From Candidatus Minusculum obligatum (lineage in GTDB: Bacteria > Patescibacteriota > Minisyncoccia > Phycocordibacterales > Phycocordibacteraceae): 50,959 nucleotides of DNA. Every line of letters begins with the position of its first letter. Within the stretch, counting starts at the first letter, position 1. The notes below the pieces were generated by a model. That model ran no database searches, was not told the origin of the DNA, and was given only the letters and a program-made list of their open reading frames with translations. Below are positions 49,985 to 50,959 of this stretch, piece by piece. The DNA is taken from NCBI GenBank assembly GCA_002331145.1, contig DCYT01000001.1, positions 1 to 50,959 on the forward strand, read 5' to 3'. Made by a program: the position numbers and the translations under genes.

Positions 49985-50959
49985 TTATAGATATGATAAC
50001 GGATTTAGGTACGCTTCGCGAGGAGCAACGGGGATATGTGCATTCGGACAATTGGTTGAAGCTTTAATGTCTCCAAACCGAACAACCTGTACTCCTTGGC
50101 TAGCAAAGACCGCAAAGTGCAAATGGGGCCCTGTACTGAAGCCAGTATTCCCTGAATAGCCAATAACATCTCCTGTGCTTACGCGCTGTCCCTCACTAAC
50201 TGAAATCTCAGACATGTGGGCATAGAGTGTAGAGAGACCATTTGCATGCTCTATAAGTACCCACTTTCCGTATGAATAACATCCAGGATATTGATCAGTA
50301 TTTCCTGTTCCTTTGATAACACCCGCAAGTGCTGCTTCAAGTGGAGTTCCGGTAGAAGCACCAAAGTCGATGGCATTGTGTCCACTTCCATTGTAGATCT
50401 GCGCATTGGCAGTAGCGAAAGCAGTATTTCCAAAGTACTGAGTAATACAGAAGATGTTTCCATACCAACTTTCTCTATCCTGGCAACGGCGCATAAAGTC
50501 AGCAGAGAACGGCCACTTCAGCGTACCTGATCCCACCTTTGGAATACTATTTGGATCAATAGCAACTTGCAGCTCTGCCTCAAGTGCTTGCAGGTCTTTT
50601 TCAAACTCTTCCCTCGCCTCTTCTTTTTCTCGAATAAGTTTCTGATATGTGCTTTCTTTGCTTTCTGTTTGATTTAGCAGCTGGTCCTTCTCTCTCTTTG
50701 CTACATCAAGTCCATACTTTTCAGATGAAAGATCAGTTTTTAGAGCCGCAAGCTCTTTCTTCTTTCGCTCTTGCTGATCTTTATCTCCAGCGAGCGCTAC
50801 CTGTACTTGTGTAATGGAAGCCACACTTGCCTGAAGTGCTCCTTGGAATTGTAGAAGGATTCCTGTTTCATTCCATACGTCAGATACCTTCTCTTCTGAG
50901 AGGAGTTGCTCAATTAGAGTTTGCGCACTTGCCTTATGAATTTCTCGAAGAGATTTTGC
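49985..50959 (-). CDS. M23 family metallopeptidase with N-terminal coiled coil (5' end outside the window)
   Basis: HNAIDFGA (HxxxD) and GPHLHF (HxH) motifs. The reading frame stays open upstream to the window edge, so the GTG at 50824 is probably not the real start. Confidence 0.85.
   Translation of the reverse strand, partial: AKSLREIHKASAQTLIEQLLSEEKVSDVWNETGILLQFQGALQASVASITQVQVALAGDKDQQERKKKELAALKTDLSSEKYGLDVAKREKDQLLNQTESKESTYQKLIREKEEAREEFEKDLQALEAELQVAIDPNSIPKVGSGTLKWPFSADFMRRCQDRESWYGNIFCITQYFGNTAFATANAQIYNGSGHNAIDFGASTGTPLEAALAGVIKGTGNTDQYPGCYSYGKWVLIEHANGLSTLYAHMSEISVSEGQRVSTGDVIGYSGNTGFSTGPHLHFAVFASQGVQVVRFGDIKASTNCPNAHIPVAPREAYLNPLSYL

Noticed and set aside
1-50959. Scan for CRISPR arrays, rRNA genes, IS-element terminal inverted repeats and long tandem repeats.
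   Set aside because: I saw no regularly spaced direct repeats, no rRNA-like conserved stretches and no transposase ORFs on either strand.

Overview
The window looks like a compact bacterial chromosome of roughly 40% GC (judged by eye, not computed). Gene overlaps of 4-30 nt are common and intergenic regions are short. The gene content includes a class I LysRS and a ProRS without an editing domain. That fits a small-genome Patescibacteria/CPR-like organism, but the lineage is inference only.

The core content is housekeeping:
- def-fmt, murA, frr, rseP, proS, greA, lysK, truB, rplU, recR-dnaB, cysS, corA, ctp, rplI and rpmA.
- Two MreB paralogs plus mreC-mreD-PBP2.
- A partial dcw cluster (mraZ-rsmH-ftsL-ftsI-murF).
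- tRNA-Asn(GTT) and tRNA-Glu(CTC).

The most interesting region is a ~4.8 kb AT-rich element (22301-27115) inserted at the 3' end of tRNA-Glu and bounded by a 13/14-nt direct repeat. It carries only:
- a large serine recombinase whose ORF runs across the att core;
- a 63-aa ORF;
- a ~540-nt non-coding region rich in inverted repeats;
- a small tail-anchored membrane ORF;
- a 699-aa membrane-anchored HerA/FtsK-superfamily ATPase.

If the element is circularised in silico, the recombinase ORF gains 44 codons. The 63-aa ORF, the recombinase and the ATPase then form one co-directional operon. I read this as a minimal integrative element, possibly one that translocates DNA, or alternatively a defence cassette. 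I do not recognise it as a described type.

Other items worth a second look:
- an ORF-sized high-GC patch encoding a signal-peptide beta-barrel (OMP-like) protein;
- three GC-rich structured RNA candidates delimited by terminators, which I could not assign to a known class;
- a recurrent -10 box 6-9 nt upstream of the ATG, suggesting widespread leaderless transcription;
- AAAGTGG MraZ-box repeats over the mraZ promoter;
- a LexA-like / tyrosine recombinase / AT-rich ORF cluster.

I saw no CRISPR array and no rRNA.
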